64,000 bases of DNA. Source: an uncultured Thermoleophilaceae bacterium (GTDB lineage Bacteria; Actinomycetota; Thermoleophilia; Solirubrobacterales; Thermoleophilaceae). The notes beneath the pieces are model-generated. The model was not told the DNA's origin, ran no database searches, and saw nothing but the letters and a program-made list of their open reading frames with translations. This document shows positions 35,828-46,275 of this stretch, piece after piece. Location: positions 71,597 to 135,596 of the forward strand of contig CAWDLE010000033.1 in assembly GCA_963803085.1 (NCBI GenBank), given 5' to 3'. Each line of letters begins with the position of its first letter. Position 1 is the first letter of the stretch. The position numbers and the translations under genes are program-made.

Positions 35828-36527
35828 GCTCGACGGCAAGGTCGCCCTCGTGACCGGCGCCAGCGGCGGCATCGGCGCCGCGGTGGCGCGCTCGCTGCAC
35901 GAGGCCGGAGCGTCGGTTGGCCTGCTCTCGCGCCGCGGCGAGGACCTGGGCCTCGAGCGGGCGCTCGGGATCGCCTGCGACGTCCGCGACCGCGCCGCCG
36001 TGGCGGAGGCCACCGAGCAGGTCGTGGAGCGCTTCGGCCACCTCGACATCGCGGTCGCAAACGCGGGAGTCGGCTCCTACGGCCCGTTCCTCGAGCTCGA
36101 CCCCGACGACCTCGAGGCGATGATCGACGTGAACCTCAAGGGCACGCTTTACACCGCCGCAGCCGCGCTCCCCCACCTGATCGCGTCCGGCGCCGGCGAC
36201 TTCGTGTCGCTCGCCAGCGTGGCCGGAGTGCGCGCGTTTCTTGGGGAGGCCGTCTACAACGCCTCGAAGTTCGGCCAGGTCGGCTTCACGCGCGCGCTGG
36301 ATCTGGAGCTGCGCGAGCGCGGCGTGCGGGCCACGAGCATCGCGCCCGGTGGCGTGAACACCGAGTTCGCGATCGGGACGGGCCGCGAGCACGGCGACCC
36401 TGCGCTCGCCGAGATGATGAGCGCGGACGACGTGGCGGAGGTCGTGCTGTTCGCCGTAACCCGCCCGCGCAACATGCGCATCCTCACCACGACCTTCCGA
36501 CCCCTGAGCGAGGGCTCGGCCGGCTGA
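35820..36527 (+). CDS. SDR family oxidoreductase
   Basis: 235 aa with TGASGGIGAA and YNASK. Confidence 0.9.
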   Translation: MAELDGKVALVTGASGGIGAAVARSLHEAGASVGLLSRRGEDLGLERALGIACDVRDRAAVAEATEQVVERFGHLDIAVANAGVGSYGPFLELDPDDLEAMIDVNLKGTLYTAAAALPHLIASGAGDFVSLASVAGVRAFLGEAVYNASKFGQVGFTRALDLELRERGVRATSIAPGGVNTEFAIGTGREHGDPALAEMMSADDVAEVVLFAVTRPRNMRILTTTFRPLSEGSAG

Positions 36528-36618
36528 AGCTTCTTCTCGCAGCCTGACTGCGAAATCTCGGTTAGAGTGGCCACGTCGCGCGCTCGGCCCGAGCGCCGCT
36601 GGATTCGAGGGAGAAGGA

Positions 36619-38703
36619 ATGCGCAAGCTGTTGCTGTTCGCCGTCGCAGTGGCCGTATTGGCTCTCGCCCCACCCGCGATGGCCGACCCGAAGCCCGATC
36701 ACTTCACGTTCGAGACGCTCTCGTCGCGCGCCGACACGGTGAGCGGCGGCGACACTCTGGTCGCCGTGAACGTCCCGAGCTCACTCAAGCTGAAGAAGGT
36801 CAAGATCCTGCTCGGCGGCACGAACGTGACGAGCAAGTTCAGCTCCGATCCGGACGACCCGAACCGCCTCGTGGCGCTGCTCGACGGGCTCGCGCTCGGC
36901 GAGAACACCCTGGTCGCCGACTCGAACGGAGAGGGCAAGGGCCGCCCCCATGACGAGCTCGTGCTCGTGAACCACGCGATCACCGGTCCCGTCTTCTCGG
37001 GTCCGCACCAGTCGCCGTTCATCTGCCGCACGGGTGAGGCCGCGAATGGCCTCGGCGCGCCACTCGACACCAACTGCTCCGCCCCCACGCGGGTCGACTG
37101 GTTCTACCGCTCGAACGTGACGAACACCTTCAGGCCGCTCGCCAACCCCACGGACCGGCCCGCCGACCTGGCGCAGACCACGACGCGCGACGGCCGGACC
37201 GTCGACTACGTCGTGCGAATGGAGTCCGGCACGATCAACCGCGCCGTCTACCGCTGGGCCGTCCTGGCCGCGGGCGGCGAGACCGGCAACGGCTGGAACC
37301 GCCGGCTCGTGTACGAGTACGGCGGCGGCTGCGGTACGGGCTATCACCAGGGCACGCTGGCCCAAGGCGGCGTGCTCGACACCGCCGTGCTCTCGCAGGG
37401 CTTCGCGAAGGCGAGCTCGAGCCTCACCGAGTTCGCGACCGCCTGCAACGACGTGCTGTCGGCGGAGACGACGTCGATGGTGAAGGAGCGGCTGATCGAG
37501 CAGCTGGGCGAGCCGCCCGTCTGGACAATGGGCTGGGGAGGATCGGGAGGCGCGATCCAGCAGAACATGATCGCCCAGAACTACCCGGGGCTACTCGACG
37601 GGATCGTTCCCGCGCTCACGTTCCAGGACGCGCAGCTCGGCGAGCCGGTCGACTGCCGCCTGATCAACCGCTACTTCGCGGGCTCCGGCGCCCCGCTGAA
37701 TACCGCGCAGCGGCGGGCGATCCACGGCTACATCAGTCCGTTCACGTGTCCCGCGTGGGACTCAGCATTCGCCAACGTGATCGTTGCGAGCCTCGGCTGC
37801 AACTCGATCGTGCCGCCGGCGGACCGCTACAACGCCGTGACGAACCCGACGGGCGCCCGCTGCACGACGTGGGACAGCATGGTGAACGTCTACGGCCGTG
37901 ATCCCGCGACGGGGTTCGCGCGGCGGACGCTCGACAACGTCGGCGTCCAGTACGGCCTCAAGGCGTTGCAGGAGGGCGTGATCACGACGGACCGCTTCCT
38001 CGACCTGAACGAGAAGATCGGCGGCTACGACAACGACGGCAACCCGCGGGCGGCGCGCGCCGTCGCGGATCCGGAGGCGCTGGCGATCGCGTACCGCACC
38101 GGTCGCGTGAACCAGGCCGCCGGGGGACTGCCCGACGTGCCGATCCTCGATCTGCGCCCGTACTCGGACAACGCCGTCGACATCCACACGTACATCCACT
38201 CGTTCATCATGCGCGAGCGGTTGCGCCAGGTGCTCGGCTCGGCGGCCAACCAGGTGATGTGGCGGGCCGCCGGTGGCGGCACGGCACCCATGACCGCCGC
38301 GGCGCGCTCGCTGATGGCGGACTGGCTGGACGCGATCGAGGCCGACGGCTCCGACCGCCCGCTGTCGGAGAAGGTCGTGGCGGCGAAGCCGGCCACCGGC
38401 GTGGACGCCTGCTGGACGGGCGCCGGCGTGCGGATCGACGACCCCGCCGAGGTGGACGGCACCGGGCCGTGCACAGCGCTCTACCCGCCGGCGAGCACAC
38501 CGCGCCTGCGGGCCGGAGCACCGCTCGACTCGATGGCGCTGAAGTGCCAGCTGCGCCCGGTGAACCTGAGCGACTACCCGGCGCTGAGCCCGGACCAGGA
38601 GGCGAAGCTGCACGCCGTCTTCCCGGACGGCGTCTGCGACTACTCGAGGCCGGGCGTCGGCCAGCAGCCCGTTCAGGGGACCTGGCTGTCGTTCGGATCG
38701 TGA
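36619..38703 (+). CDS. secreted protein, possible alpha/beta-hydrolase (tannase/feruloyl-esterase-like fold; function uncertain)
   Basis: 694 aa with a signal peptide (MRKLLLFAVAVAVLALAPPAMA), a GGAGAAGG-type SD upstream and a nucleophile-elbow-like GWGGSGGA. The family assignment is from memory only. Confidence 0.7.
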   Translation: MRKLLLFAVAVAVLALAPPAMADPKPDHFTFETLSSRADTVSGGDTLVAVNVPSSLKLKKVKILLGGTNVTSKFSSDPDDPNRLVALLDGLALGENTLVADSNGEGKGRPHDELVLVNHAITGPVFSGPHQSPFICRTGEAANGLGAPLDTNCSAPTRVDWFYRSNVTNTFRPLANPTDRPADLAQTTTRDGRTVDYVVRMESGTINRAVYRWAVLAAGGETGNGWNRRLVYEYGGGCGTGYHQGTLAQGGVLDTAVLSQGFAKASSSLTEFATACNDVLSAETTSMVKERLIEQLGEPPVWTMGWGGSGGAIQQNMIAQNYPGLLDGIVPALTFQDAQLGEPVDCRLINRYFAGSGAPLNTAQRRAIHGYISPFTCPAWDSAFANVIVASLGCNSIVPPADRYNAVTNPTGARCTTWDSMVNVYGRDPATGFARRTLDNVGVQYGLKALQEGVITTDRFLDLNEKIGGYDNDGNPRAARAVADPEALAIAYRTGRVNQAAGGLPDVPILDLRPYSDNAVDIHTYIHSFIMRERLRQVLGSAANQVMWRAAGGGTAPMTAAARSLMADWLDAIEADGSDRPLSEKVVAAKPATGVDACWTGAGVRIDDPAEVDGTGPCTALYPPASTPRLRAGAPLDSMALKCQLRPVNLSDYPALSPDQEAKLHAVFPDGVCDYSRPGVGQQPVQGTWLSFGS

Positions 38704-39752
38704 GCTTCGTGGGGCGCTGCGGCCTGCCGCAGCGCCCCACGTGCCTCCACCGCGAGCCGCTGCACCAGCTCGCCCGCGGGCACGTCGGCCGCCAGCGTGT
38801 GGGCCTGCCCGGCCCATAGGTTGAAGCCGTCCGCGTCGTCGCGCTCGCGTGCTGCAGCGCGCACGGGTGCCGTGAGGTGGTGCACCTCCGGGTAGCCGTG
38901 CGGGGCGTCGGCCTCGTGCTCGCGCATGAAGCGGTTCTCGATCCCACGAGCGCTGCGACCGGTGAACGCGCGCGTGAGAGCCGTAGGCCCACGCTCTCTC
39001 AGGGCCCTGCGGTGCGCGGGAGAGGTTGCCGCCTCCGGGCAGAGCATGAAGGCGGTGCCAAGCTGGGCCGCTGCCGCTCCGGCCGCCAGCACCGCCGCCA
39101 CTCCGCGTCCGGTGGCGATGCCGCCGGTGGCTACGAGCGGCAGGTCGGTCACTGCGGACACGAGTTGCAGGAGCGCGAGCAGACCCACGTCGCCGGTTGC
39201 ACGCTCGTCGAAGGAACCGCGGTGGCCGCCGGCCTCCACGCCCTGCACCACGAGCGCGTCGGCCCCCGCCTCCTGCGCGATGAGCGCCTCGGCGGGAGTG
39301 GTCACCGTCACCCAGAGGGCGCAACCCGCCGCGTGCAGCGCATCGACCTCAGCCGCGGACGGGCAGCCGAAGGTCACGGACACGACCGGCATGCGCGCGT
39401 CCGCCACGAGTGCGAGCTTCTCCTGCCAGCCATCGTCGTCGTGGCGCGGCTCCCCCAGCTCGACGCCGTAGCGCTCGGCCTCGCCGGCCAGCGTGGAGGC
39501 ATATCCCGCAAGGGCCTCGCCCTCCCCAAGCGCCGGGCCCGGCGCGAACAGGTTGATGCCGAAGGGACGCCCCGTGAGCCGCCTCAGCTCGCCGATCTCC
39601 TCGCGCACCGCAGCCGCGCTGCGGTATCCCGCGGCCAGGAAGCCCAGCCCGCCGGCCTCGGACACCGCCGCGGCGAGCGCCGGCGTGGATGGCCCGCCGG
39701 CCATCGGCGCCTGGACGATCGGGTGCTCGAGCTGCGTGAGCGAGAAGCGCAC
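38673..39752 (-). CDS. nitronate monooxygenase (NPD family)
   Basis: 359 aa with PIVQAPMAGG...GGLGFLAAG and a TIM-barrel FMN enzyme pattern. The 3' end overlaps the convergent gene by 31 nt. Confidence 0.88.
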   Translation of the reverse strand: MRFSLTQLEHPIVQAPMAGGPSTPALAAAVSEAGGLGFLAAGYRSAAAVREEIGELRRLTGRPFGINLFAPGPALGEGEALAGYASTLAGEAERYGVELGEPRHDDDGWQEKLALVADARMPVVSVTFGCPSAAEVDALHAAGCALWVTVTTPAEALIAQEAGADALVVQGVEAGGHRGSFDERATGDVGLLALLQLVSAVTDLPLVATGGIATGRGVAAVLAAGAAAAQLGTAFMLCPEAATSPAHRRALRERGPTALTRAFTGRSARGIENRFMREHEADAPHGYPEVHHLTAPVRAAARERDDADGFNLWAGQAHTLAADVPAGELVQRLAVEARGALRQAAAPHEAHDPNDSQVP

Positions 39753-39776
39753 CGATCAGAAGATAAGGTCACCGCG

Positions 39777-40625
39777 ATGCGAATCGGTGTCGTGGGCGGA
39801 GGGCTGATGGGCTCGGGGATCGCGGAGGTCTGCGCGCGTTCGGGCGTAGACGTGACCGTGGTCGAGGCCGACGACGCCGGCGTGGCGCGCGCACAGGCCG
39901 CAATCGATCGCTCGCTCGAGCGCGCCATCCGGGCCGGAAAGCTGGACGCTGCCGAGAGCGAGGCGGCCACGGAGCGGATCGCATATACGACCGCCCTGGC
40001 GGACCTCGCTGGTGCCGACGCCGCAATCGAGGCCGTCATAGAGGACGAGGACCTGAAGCGCGATGTCTTCAGGCAGCTCGACGCGACCGTGCCGGAAGCG
40101 CAGTTCCTCGCCTCGAACACCTCATCCGTGCCGATCATGAAGCTCGGCGCCGAGACCTCCCATCCGGGCCGAGTGATCGGCCTGCACTTCTTCAACCCTG
40201 TGCCGGTGCTTCCGCTGGTGGAGGTGGTCCGCTCGATCATGACCTCCGAGGAGACGTTGGAGAAGGCCACGTCGTTCGCGGAGCAGACGCTCGGCAAGAC
40301 GACGATCCACTCGCAGGACCGCGCCGGATTCGTGGTCAACGCTCTGCTCATCCCCTACCTCCTCTCCTCGATCCGCATGTTCGAGTCTGGCTTCGCCTCG
40401 AAGGAGGACATCGACGAGGGGATGATGAAGGGCTGCGCCCACCCGATGGGCCCGCTCCAGCTGTCCGACCTGATCGGGCTCGACACGCTGCTGGCCGTCT
40501 CGCAGTCGCTCTACGAGGAGTTCCGCGACCCGGCTTCCGTTGCTCCCGCGCTGCTGAACCGGATGGTCGAGGCGGGTCTCCTCGGCCGCAAGTCCGGCCG
40601 CGGCTTCTACGACTACACGTCCTAG
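39777..40625 (+). CDS. hbd: 3-hydroxybutyryl-CoA dehydrogenase
   Basis: 282 aa read from ATG 39777 with IGVVGGGLMGSGIA, HFFNPVP and GFVVNALL. Confidence 0.92.
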   Translation: MRIGVVGGGLMGSGIAEVCARSGVDVTVVEADDAGVARAQAAIDRSLERAIRAGKLDAAESEAATERIAYTTALADLAGADAAIEAVIEDEDLKRDVFRQLDATVPEAQFLASNTSSVPIMKLGAETSHPGRVIGLHFFNPVPVLPLVEVVRSIMTSEETLEKATSFAEQTLGKTTIHSQDRAGFVVNALLIPYLLSSIRMFESGFASKEDIDEGMMKGCAHPMGPLQLSDLIGLDTLLAVSQSLYEEFRDPASVAPALLNRMVEAGLLGRKSGRGFYDYTS

Positions 40626-41533
40626 TCCGGAAAGCTCTCAGGCTCCTCCACCGCACGCCGGTGGAGGTCGTCGTCGATGTTGCGCCCGGTCACGATCAGG
40701 ACCGTTGGGTCGTGCTCGGGCGCGAGCTCGCGGAAGGCCGCCAGTGCCGATCCTGCGGCGCCCTCCGCGCGAATCCCCGCACGTGCGTAATCACCGACCG
40801 CGCGGGCGATCTCTCGCTCCGACACCATCGTCATCGGGTAGCCGCGGCGGAGCTCCTCGATCACCGATGGGATCGCCACGCGCACGGCCATGCCGTCTGC
40901 AAACGTGGCGCATTGATCGCACTCCACGGGATGCCCGGCTTCCACGCTGAGCGCCATCACCGGGGCTTCCTTCGCCACCACTCCAAGCACGCGGCCAATC
41001 CCCCGATAGACCCCGATGAGCAGAGCGCCGTTGCCGACCGGAACGATCACGCGGGCGGGTGGCCCACCGAGCTGCGTCAGAATCTCCTCGCCGATCGCCT
41101 CGTAGCCGTCGTACTGCGCGGACTCTGCGCCGTCCTCGAAGAACGGCAGCTCATTCGCCGACGCGTACTCCCGCGCCAGGTCCTTTGACTCGTCCAGATC
41201 CGCACCTACGCGGCGCAGCTCAGCCCCGAGCTGCTCCAGGAGGCCGACCTTCGCCTCGCTCGCCTCCTCCGGCACGAACACCACCGCTCGCATGCCGAGC
41301 CGCTCCGCCGCCCACGCGCTCGCCGCGCCGTGATTGCCGGTGGAGGCGGTGACCACGCCCCCAGCGCCCCGGTCCCGAAACCCCTCGAGCGCCGGCAGCG
41401 CCCCGCGCCACTTGAACGCACCGAGCTCATGGACGTCCTCGCGCTTCAGGAACAGCGGCCCCCCGTCCGCGAGTGAGGGCGGCGCCTCTTCGAGTGGAGT
41501 CGGTGCATCGGGCATTGAAGGAGATACTGCCAT
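40622..41533 (-). CDS. PLP-dependent threonine/serine dehydratase-like enzyme
   Basis: 303 aa read from ATG 41533 with a PLP-lysine motif (GAFKWRGA) and STGNHG. The rest of the 927-aa track ORF is antisense to pepF. Confidence 0.82.
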   Translation of the reverse strand: MAVSPSMPDAPTPLEEAPPSLADGGPLFLKREDVHELGAFKWRGALPALEGFRDRGAGGVVTASTGNHGAASAWAAERLGMRAVVFVPEEASEAKVGLLEQLGAELRRVGADLDESKDLAREYASANELPFFEDGAESAQYDGYEAIGEEILTQLGGPPARVIVPVGNGALLIGVYRGIGRVLGVVAKEAPVMALSVEAGHPVECDQCATFADGMAVRVAIPSVIEELRRGYPMTMVSEREIARAVGDYARAGIRAEGAAGSALAAFRELAPEHDPTVLIVTGRNIDDDLHRRAVEEPESFPD

Positions 41534-41566
41534 CCCGCTGCCGCTCCGCTGGCTAACCTCGGTTGG

Positions 41567-43414
41567 GTGAGCGCCACCGTGGACGAACAGCTGGAAGCCG
41601 CCTCCTGGAACCTCGCCCCGCTGGTAGACGGCCGGGGCCCAGAGGCCGTGGAGGCGATGCTGAACGAGGCGCGCGTGCGCGCCGAGGCCGTCGCGGAGCG
41701 CTACCGCGGCCGTGTCGCGGAGCTGGACGTGGCTGAGCTGGCGGAGGCGATGCACGAGCTGGCCGAGATCCAGGACCTCGCCGGCCGCGCCGGGTCGTAC
41801 GCGGTCCTGAGCTACTCGCTCGACACGGCGGACCCAGCGCGGGGCGCGCTGCTCCAGAAGGGCCGCGAGCTCGGCGCCGCGATCGAGACGCAGCTGCTCT
41901 TCTTCGACCTGGAGTGGAACGAGGCGCCGGACGAGCGTGCCGAGGAGCTGCTCGCGGCCCCGGAGCTCGGGTTCGCCGCCCACTATCTGCGGACGCTGCG
42001 CCGCTACCGCCCGCACCAGCTCTCCGAGCCCGAGGAGCGCGTGCTCACCGAGACCAACGTCACGGGCGGCTCGGCGTTCCAGCGCCTCTTCACCGAGCAG
42101 ACCTCTGCCCTCCAGGTGCCGCTCCCCGGCCGTGAGGAGGAGCCGGCCTCCCTTGAGGAGGGCCTCTCGCTCCTGCAGGACCCGGACCGCAAGCGCCGCG
42201 CCGAGGCGGCCGCGGCCGTGACCGAGTCGCTCCGGCCGGGGCTCCACACGCGTGCATTCGTCTTCAACACGCTGCTCCAGGACAAGGCCACCAAGGACCG
42301 GCTTCGCGACTACCCGCACTGGCTCGCGTCGCGCAACCTCGCGAACGAGGCGAGCGACGAGTCGGTGCAGGCCCTCATCGAGGCGGTCCAGGGCCGCTAC
42401 GACCTCGCCCGCCGCTGGTACGCGCTGAAGGCGCGCCTCCTCGGCCTTGACAGGCTCGCCTACTACGACCGCATGGCGCCGGTGTCGGATAGCGACGACC
42501 GCATCCCGTACGGGGATGCCGAGGAGATCGTGCTCGACTGCTACCGCACCTTCTCGCCTGAGCTCGGCGCGGTGGCCGCCGAGTTCTTCACGGGCGGCTA
42601 CATCGACGGCCCCCCGCGCCCGAGCAAGCGCGGTGGCGCCTTCTGCTCGTACACGGTGCCGTCGGCGCACCCGTACGTGATGCTGAACTACACGTCGCGC
42701 CCGCACGACGTGCTGGTGATGGCGCACGAGCTCGGCCACGGCGTGCACGCCGCGCTGGCGCGGCCGCAGGGGATCTACCACTTCTCCACGCCGCTCACGC
42801 TGGCCGAAACCGCCTCGATCTTCGGCGAGAACATCGTGCTCGAGCGGCTGCTCGAACGGGCGCCCGGCCCGGCCGAGCGGCTCGATCTGCTCGCGGGCGC
42901 GCTCGACGGCGCGGTGGCCGCCGTGTTCCGCCAGGTTGCGATGAACCGCTTCGAGGACGCAATCCACACCGCTCGCCGCGAGGCGGGCGAGCTGTCGGTG
43001 GAGCGCTTCGGCGAGCTCTGGCTCGCCACGCAGAGCGACCTGCTCGGCGACAGCGTGGAGCTCGACGACGACTACGCGCTCTGGTGGTCCTACATCTGGC
43101 ACTTCGTGGACGCGCCGGGCTACGTGTACGCCTACGCGTACGGCCACCTGCTCGCGCTGTCGGTCTACCGCCGCTACGAGGAGGAGGGCGAGGAGTTCGT
43201 CTCTTCCTACCTCGATCTGCTGAAGGCCGGCGGATCGCGGCCTCCGGAGGAGCTCGGCGCCATCGTGGGCGTCGACCTGTCCGACCCGGGCTTCTGGAGC
43301 TCCGGGCTCGAGCTGATCGAGCGGCAGCTCGACGCCGCCGAGGCCGCCGCGCGGGAGGCCGGGCGGATTGAAAACGGGGCTGCGCCGGCACCGCCGGCTC
43401 CGCAAGGGCCTTGA
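41567..43414 (+). CDS. pepF: M3 family oligoendopeptidase F
   Basis: 615 aa with the zinc motif HELGHGVH. Confidence 0.92.
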   Translation: MSATVDEQLEAASWNLAPLVDGRGPEAVEAMLNEARVRAEAVAERYRGRVAELDVAELAEAMHELAEIQDLAGRAGSYAVLSYSLDTADPARGALLQKGRELGAAIETQLLFFDLEWNEAPDERAEELLAAPELGFAAHYLRTLRRYRPHQLSEPEERVLTETNVTGGSAFQRLFTEQTSALQVPLPGREEEPASLEEGLSLLQDPDRKRRAEAAAAVTESLRPGLHTRAFVFNTLLQDKATKDRLRDYPHWLASRNLANEASDESVQALIEAVQGRYDLARRWYALKARLLGLDRLAYYDRMAPVSDSDDRIPYGDAEEIVLDCYRTFSPELGAVAAEFFTGGYIDGPPRPSKRGGAFCSYTVPSAHPYVMLNYTSRPHDVLVMAHELGHGVHAALARPQGIYHFSTPLTLAETASIFGENIVLERLLERAPGPAERLDLLAGALDGAVAAVFRQVAMNRFEDAIHTARREAGELSVERFGELWLATQSDLLGDSVELDDDYALWWSYIWHFVDAPGYVYAYAYGHLLALSVYRRYEEEGEEFVSSYLDLLKAGGSRPPEELGAIVGVDLSDPGFWSSGLELIERQLDAAEAAAREAGRIENGAAPAPPAPQGP

Positions 43415-44019
43415 TAGCCGAGCGCATTCCGTTGCCCGGCGGCGAGGTGGAGCTGATGCGACCGCCGGATGCAGAGGCGCTGATCAGCGAGGAGTCGTTC
43501 GAGCACGAGGAGTTCCTGCCCTACTGGGCGGAGCTGTGGGCCAGCGCCGTTGCCCTCGCGCATGACGTGGCGATGAGGTCGCTGCGCGGCAAGCGGACGC
43601 TCGAGCTGGGCTGCGGACTCGGTCTGCCGAGCATCGCGGCGGCGCGAGCCGGCGGCCGCGTTCTGGCCACCGACTGGTCACCAGACGCCGTGCGCGCCAC
43701 CGCTGCGAACGCCGAGCGGAACGATGTCGACATCGAGACGCTGTGCTGCGCATGGGGCGAACCGGACGAGATCGTGGCCCGTGGGCCCTGGCATCTCGTG
43801 CTCGCCTCCGACGTGCTCTACGAGCGCCGCAACGTCGACCAGCTGCTGGACCTGCTGCCGCGCCTGGTGGACGAGCGCGGCCTCGTCCTGCTCGCCGACC
43901 CTGGGCGCGCCCACTCAGCTGGGTTCCTGGAGCGGGCCACCGAGAACGGGTGGATCATCCGCAGCACGCACAGCCCGCGCGCCCAGCGCGTCTCGATTCA
44001 CCGCATGCGGCGCGGCTAG
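43411..44019 (+). CDS. class I SAM-dependent methyltransferase (Nnt1/METTL21-like)
   Basis: 202 aa with LELGCGLGLPSIAAA and SDVLYE. TTG start overlapping the pepF stop. Confidence 0.8.
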   Translation: MIAERIPLPGGEVELMRPPDAEALISEESFEHEEFLPYWAELWASAVALAHDVAMRSLRGKRTLELGCGLGLPSIAAARAGGRVLATDWSPDAVRATAANAERNDVDIETLCCAWGEPDEIVARGPWHLVLASDVLYERRNVDQLLDLLPRLVDERGLVLLADPGRAHSAGFLERATENGWIIRSTHSPRAQRVSIHRMRRG

Positions 44020-44909
44020 ACGAGCTGGATCGCGCCGCCGCCGCGCAGGCTCACGGCGTCGGCCGCCTCGAGCGCGGCCTGGAGTAGCGCGGCGGGACGG
44101 CGCACTCCGGCGGCGGAGCAGGTGGCGCCGACGCTTGGGATGAGCGGAAGTCCGCCGGCCCCGAGCGGGCGACCCGCGACTTCGCAGATCCGCTCGGCGA
44201 TGCGGACCACGGTGGTCTCCTCGTGAACGCCCGCGCACACGGCGGCGAGGCGCTCGTCGTCAAGCTGCCCGACGAGGTCGAGCGGCCGCAGGACCGAGGT
44301 GATGTGCCGGCCGAGCTCGCGCAGGACGAGGCTCGTGGCCGGACGGCCGCGGTCCTCCACGAGCCGCTCCATGCCGTCGAGGCGAATGACGATGACCGCG
44401 CCGGCACCGGACCCCGCGGGGTGCAGCGCCCAGGCGAGGCGGTCGAGCAGAGCGAAGCGGGTGGGAAGGCCGGTCGCGGGATCGATCTCGGCCGTGGTCT
44501 GCGGCTCGGCGCCCACCACGTCCATGCGGCGGGTGACCCACTGAACCTCCGCGCCGTCGCCTGCCACGAAGGTCGTCTCGACCGGGCACCAGCCGCCGCC
44601 GCAGGCGAGCACGCGGTACTCGACGGTCTTGGCACCGGGACCGCGGACCCAGGCCCGGTGCACGGACATCACGCGATCACAGTCCTCCGGGTGGATCAGA
44701 GCCTGGATCGGGCTGCCAAGCAGCGTGTCACGCGGAACTCCCGTCAGCTCGGACAGGAGCGGCGATGCGTAGATGAACGATCCGGCCGCATCGTGCAGCG
44801 AAATCAGTGCGCGCACGTTGCCCGCGAGCAGCCGGAAACGCTGCTCCCACGGGTCCAGGACGATGCTGTCGTCGTCTACAGCCTGCAGATGGCGCTTGGG
44901 AGGGACCAC
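44016..44909 (-). CDS. PAS domain / degenerate GGDEF domain protein (A-site DDERL, I-site RPLD retained)
   Basis: 297 aa. A PAS-like N-half is followed by a GGDEF-domain start (DPATGLPTRFALLDRL). The motif position reads GQLDDERLAAV, with RPLD 5 residues upstream. Confidence 0.75.
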   Translation of the reverse strand: MVPPKRHLQAVDDDSIVLDPWEQRFRLLAGNVRALISLHDAAGSFIYASPLLSELTGVPRDTLLGSPIQALIHPEDCDRVMSVHRAWVRGPGAKTVEYRVLACGGGWCPVETTFVAGDGAEVQWVTRRMDVVGAEPQTTAEIDPATGLPTRFALLDRLAWALHPAGSGAGAVIVIRLDGMERLVEDRGRPATSLVLRELGRHITSVLRPLDLVGQLDDERLAAVCAGVHEETTVVRIAERICEVAGRPLGAGGLPLIPSVGATCSAAGVRRPAALLQAALEAADAVSLRGGGAIQLV

Positions 44910-44940
44910 GCTGGTGTTATCGGCGGCGTGAGGGCGAGCC

Positions 44941-46257
44941 TTAGCGCGGCAGGTCGGCCAGAGAGCGATACAGCTCCCGCGCCGTTAGCTCGCCGAGCCT
45001 GAGGCTCTCGAGCCGGTAGCTCTCGTTCGGCGCGTGAAAGGCGTCCGCGCCCAGCGCAAAGCCGCTCACGATGGTGGGCGTGCCCTGCTCCGCGAGCACC
45101 GCGAGCAACGGCAAGGTTCCGCCCAGCCGAACGAACGCGGGCGGGATGCCGCAGGCGCGCTCGAATGCCCCGGCGGCGAGCTGAAGCGCCGGCTCACGCG
45201 CATCGAAGAGGGCCGGGTCGGACAGGTCGAGCTCAATCGAGACCTCGGCAGCGTCCGGCACAGCAGCGCGCAGCAGCCGCTCGAGCTCCGCGCCGATCTG
45301 CTCGGCACTCTGCCCAGGCGCGAGCCGCACGCTCACCTGCGCACGCGCCACCGACGGGATCACGGTCCGCGGCTCGCCACTCTCGAGCATGTTCACGTCC
45401 ACCGCGGGCTCGGCCCCGGTGCGCTCCCAGAACTCGTCGGCCGCCCCGGCCGTCACCTCCGCGGCGCCGGCCTCGGCGATCATCTCCGCGCCGCTCGGCA
45501 GGCGCGCCCACGACTCGCGCTCCTCAGCGCTCGGGCTCGCCACCCCGGCGCGGAGCTCCTCGCGCACCCGGCCGTCTGGCCCCGGCAGCACCTCCTGCAG
45601 GATGCCCATGAGCACGTGCGTGGCGTTCAGCACGGCGCCGCCGTAGAGCCCCGAGTGCAGGTCGCGCCGTCCGGTGCGCACCTCCACCGGCCCCTGGACG
45701 AGGCCACGCGCGCCGGTGTTGATGGCGGGCGTGCGCTCGTCGGCCATCAGCGAGTCGAACACGATCACGCAGTCGGCCTCCTGCGGCTGCTCGCGCAGGT
45801 AGGTGAGGAGCGAGACGCTCCCCACCTCCTCCTCGCCCTCCACCAGGAAGCGCACGTTCACCGGCAGCTCGCCGGCTCGCGCCATCTCGCACGCCACGTG
45901 CAGCAGCGGCAGGAAGTTGCCCTTGTCGTCGGCGGCCCCGCGCGCATAGAGGCGGCCGTCGCGCTCGGTGGGCTCGAACGGCGGCGACTCCCACGCGTCG
46001 AGCGGGCCCGGGTCCTGCACGTCGTAGTGCCCGTAGGAGAGGATCGTGGGTGCGTCCGGTCGCGACGCGCGCAGCTCCCCGACTGCCATCGGGTTGCTGC
46101 CGTTCACCACCACCCGCTCGGCGCTCCCGCCCGCGGCCTCGATGCGCTCGAGCACCCAGTCGCAGGCACGGCCGAGTGCGTCCGCATCCCCCTGGCCCGT
46201 CGAGACGGAGGGGATGCGCAACCAGTCTTCGAGCTCTTCCCGGATCGGCGGCATCAC
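44941..46257 (-). CDS. M20 family dipeptidase
   Basis: 438 aa with YGHYDVQ and ARGAADDKGN. Confidence 0.88.
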   Translation of the reverse strand: MMPPIREELEDWLRIPSVSTGQGDADALGRACDWVLERIEAAGGSAERVVVNGSNPMAVGELRASRPDAPTILSYGHYDVQDPGPLDAWESPPFEPTERDGRLYARGAADDKGNFLPLLHVACEMARAGELPVNVRFLVEGEEEVGSVSLLTYLREQPQEADCVIVFDSLMADERTPAINTGARGLVQGPVEVRTGRRDLHSGLYGGAVLNATHVLMGILQEVLPGPDGRVREELRAGVASPSAEERESWARLPSGAEMIAEAGAAEVTAGAADEFWERTGAEPAVDVNMLESGEPRTVIPSVARAQVSVRLAPGQSAEQIGAELERLLRAAVPDAAEVSIELDLSDPALFDAREPALQLAAGAFERACGIPPAFVRLGGTLPLLAVLAEQGTPTIVSGFALGADAFHAPNESYRLESLRLGELTARELYRSLADLPR

Positions 46258-46275
46258 TCATTTAGCATCGTATGG

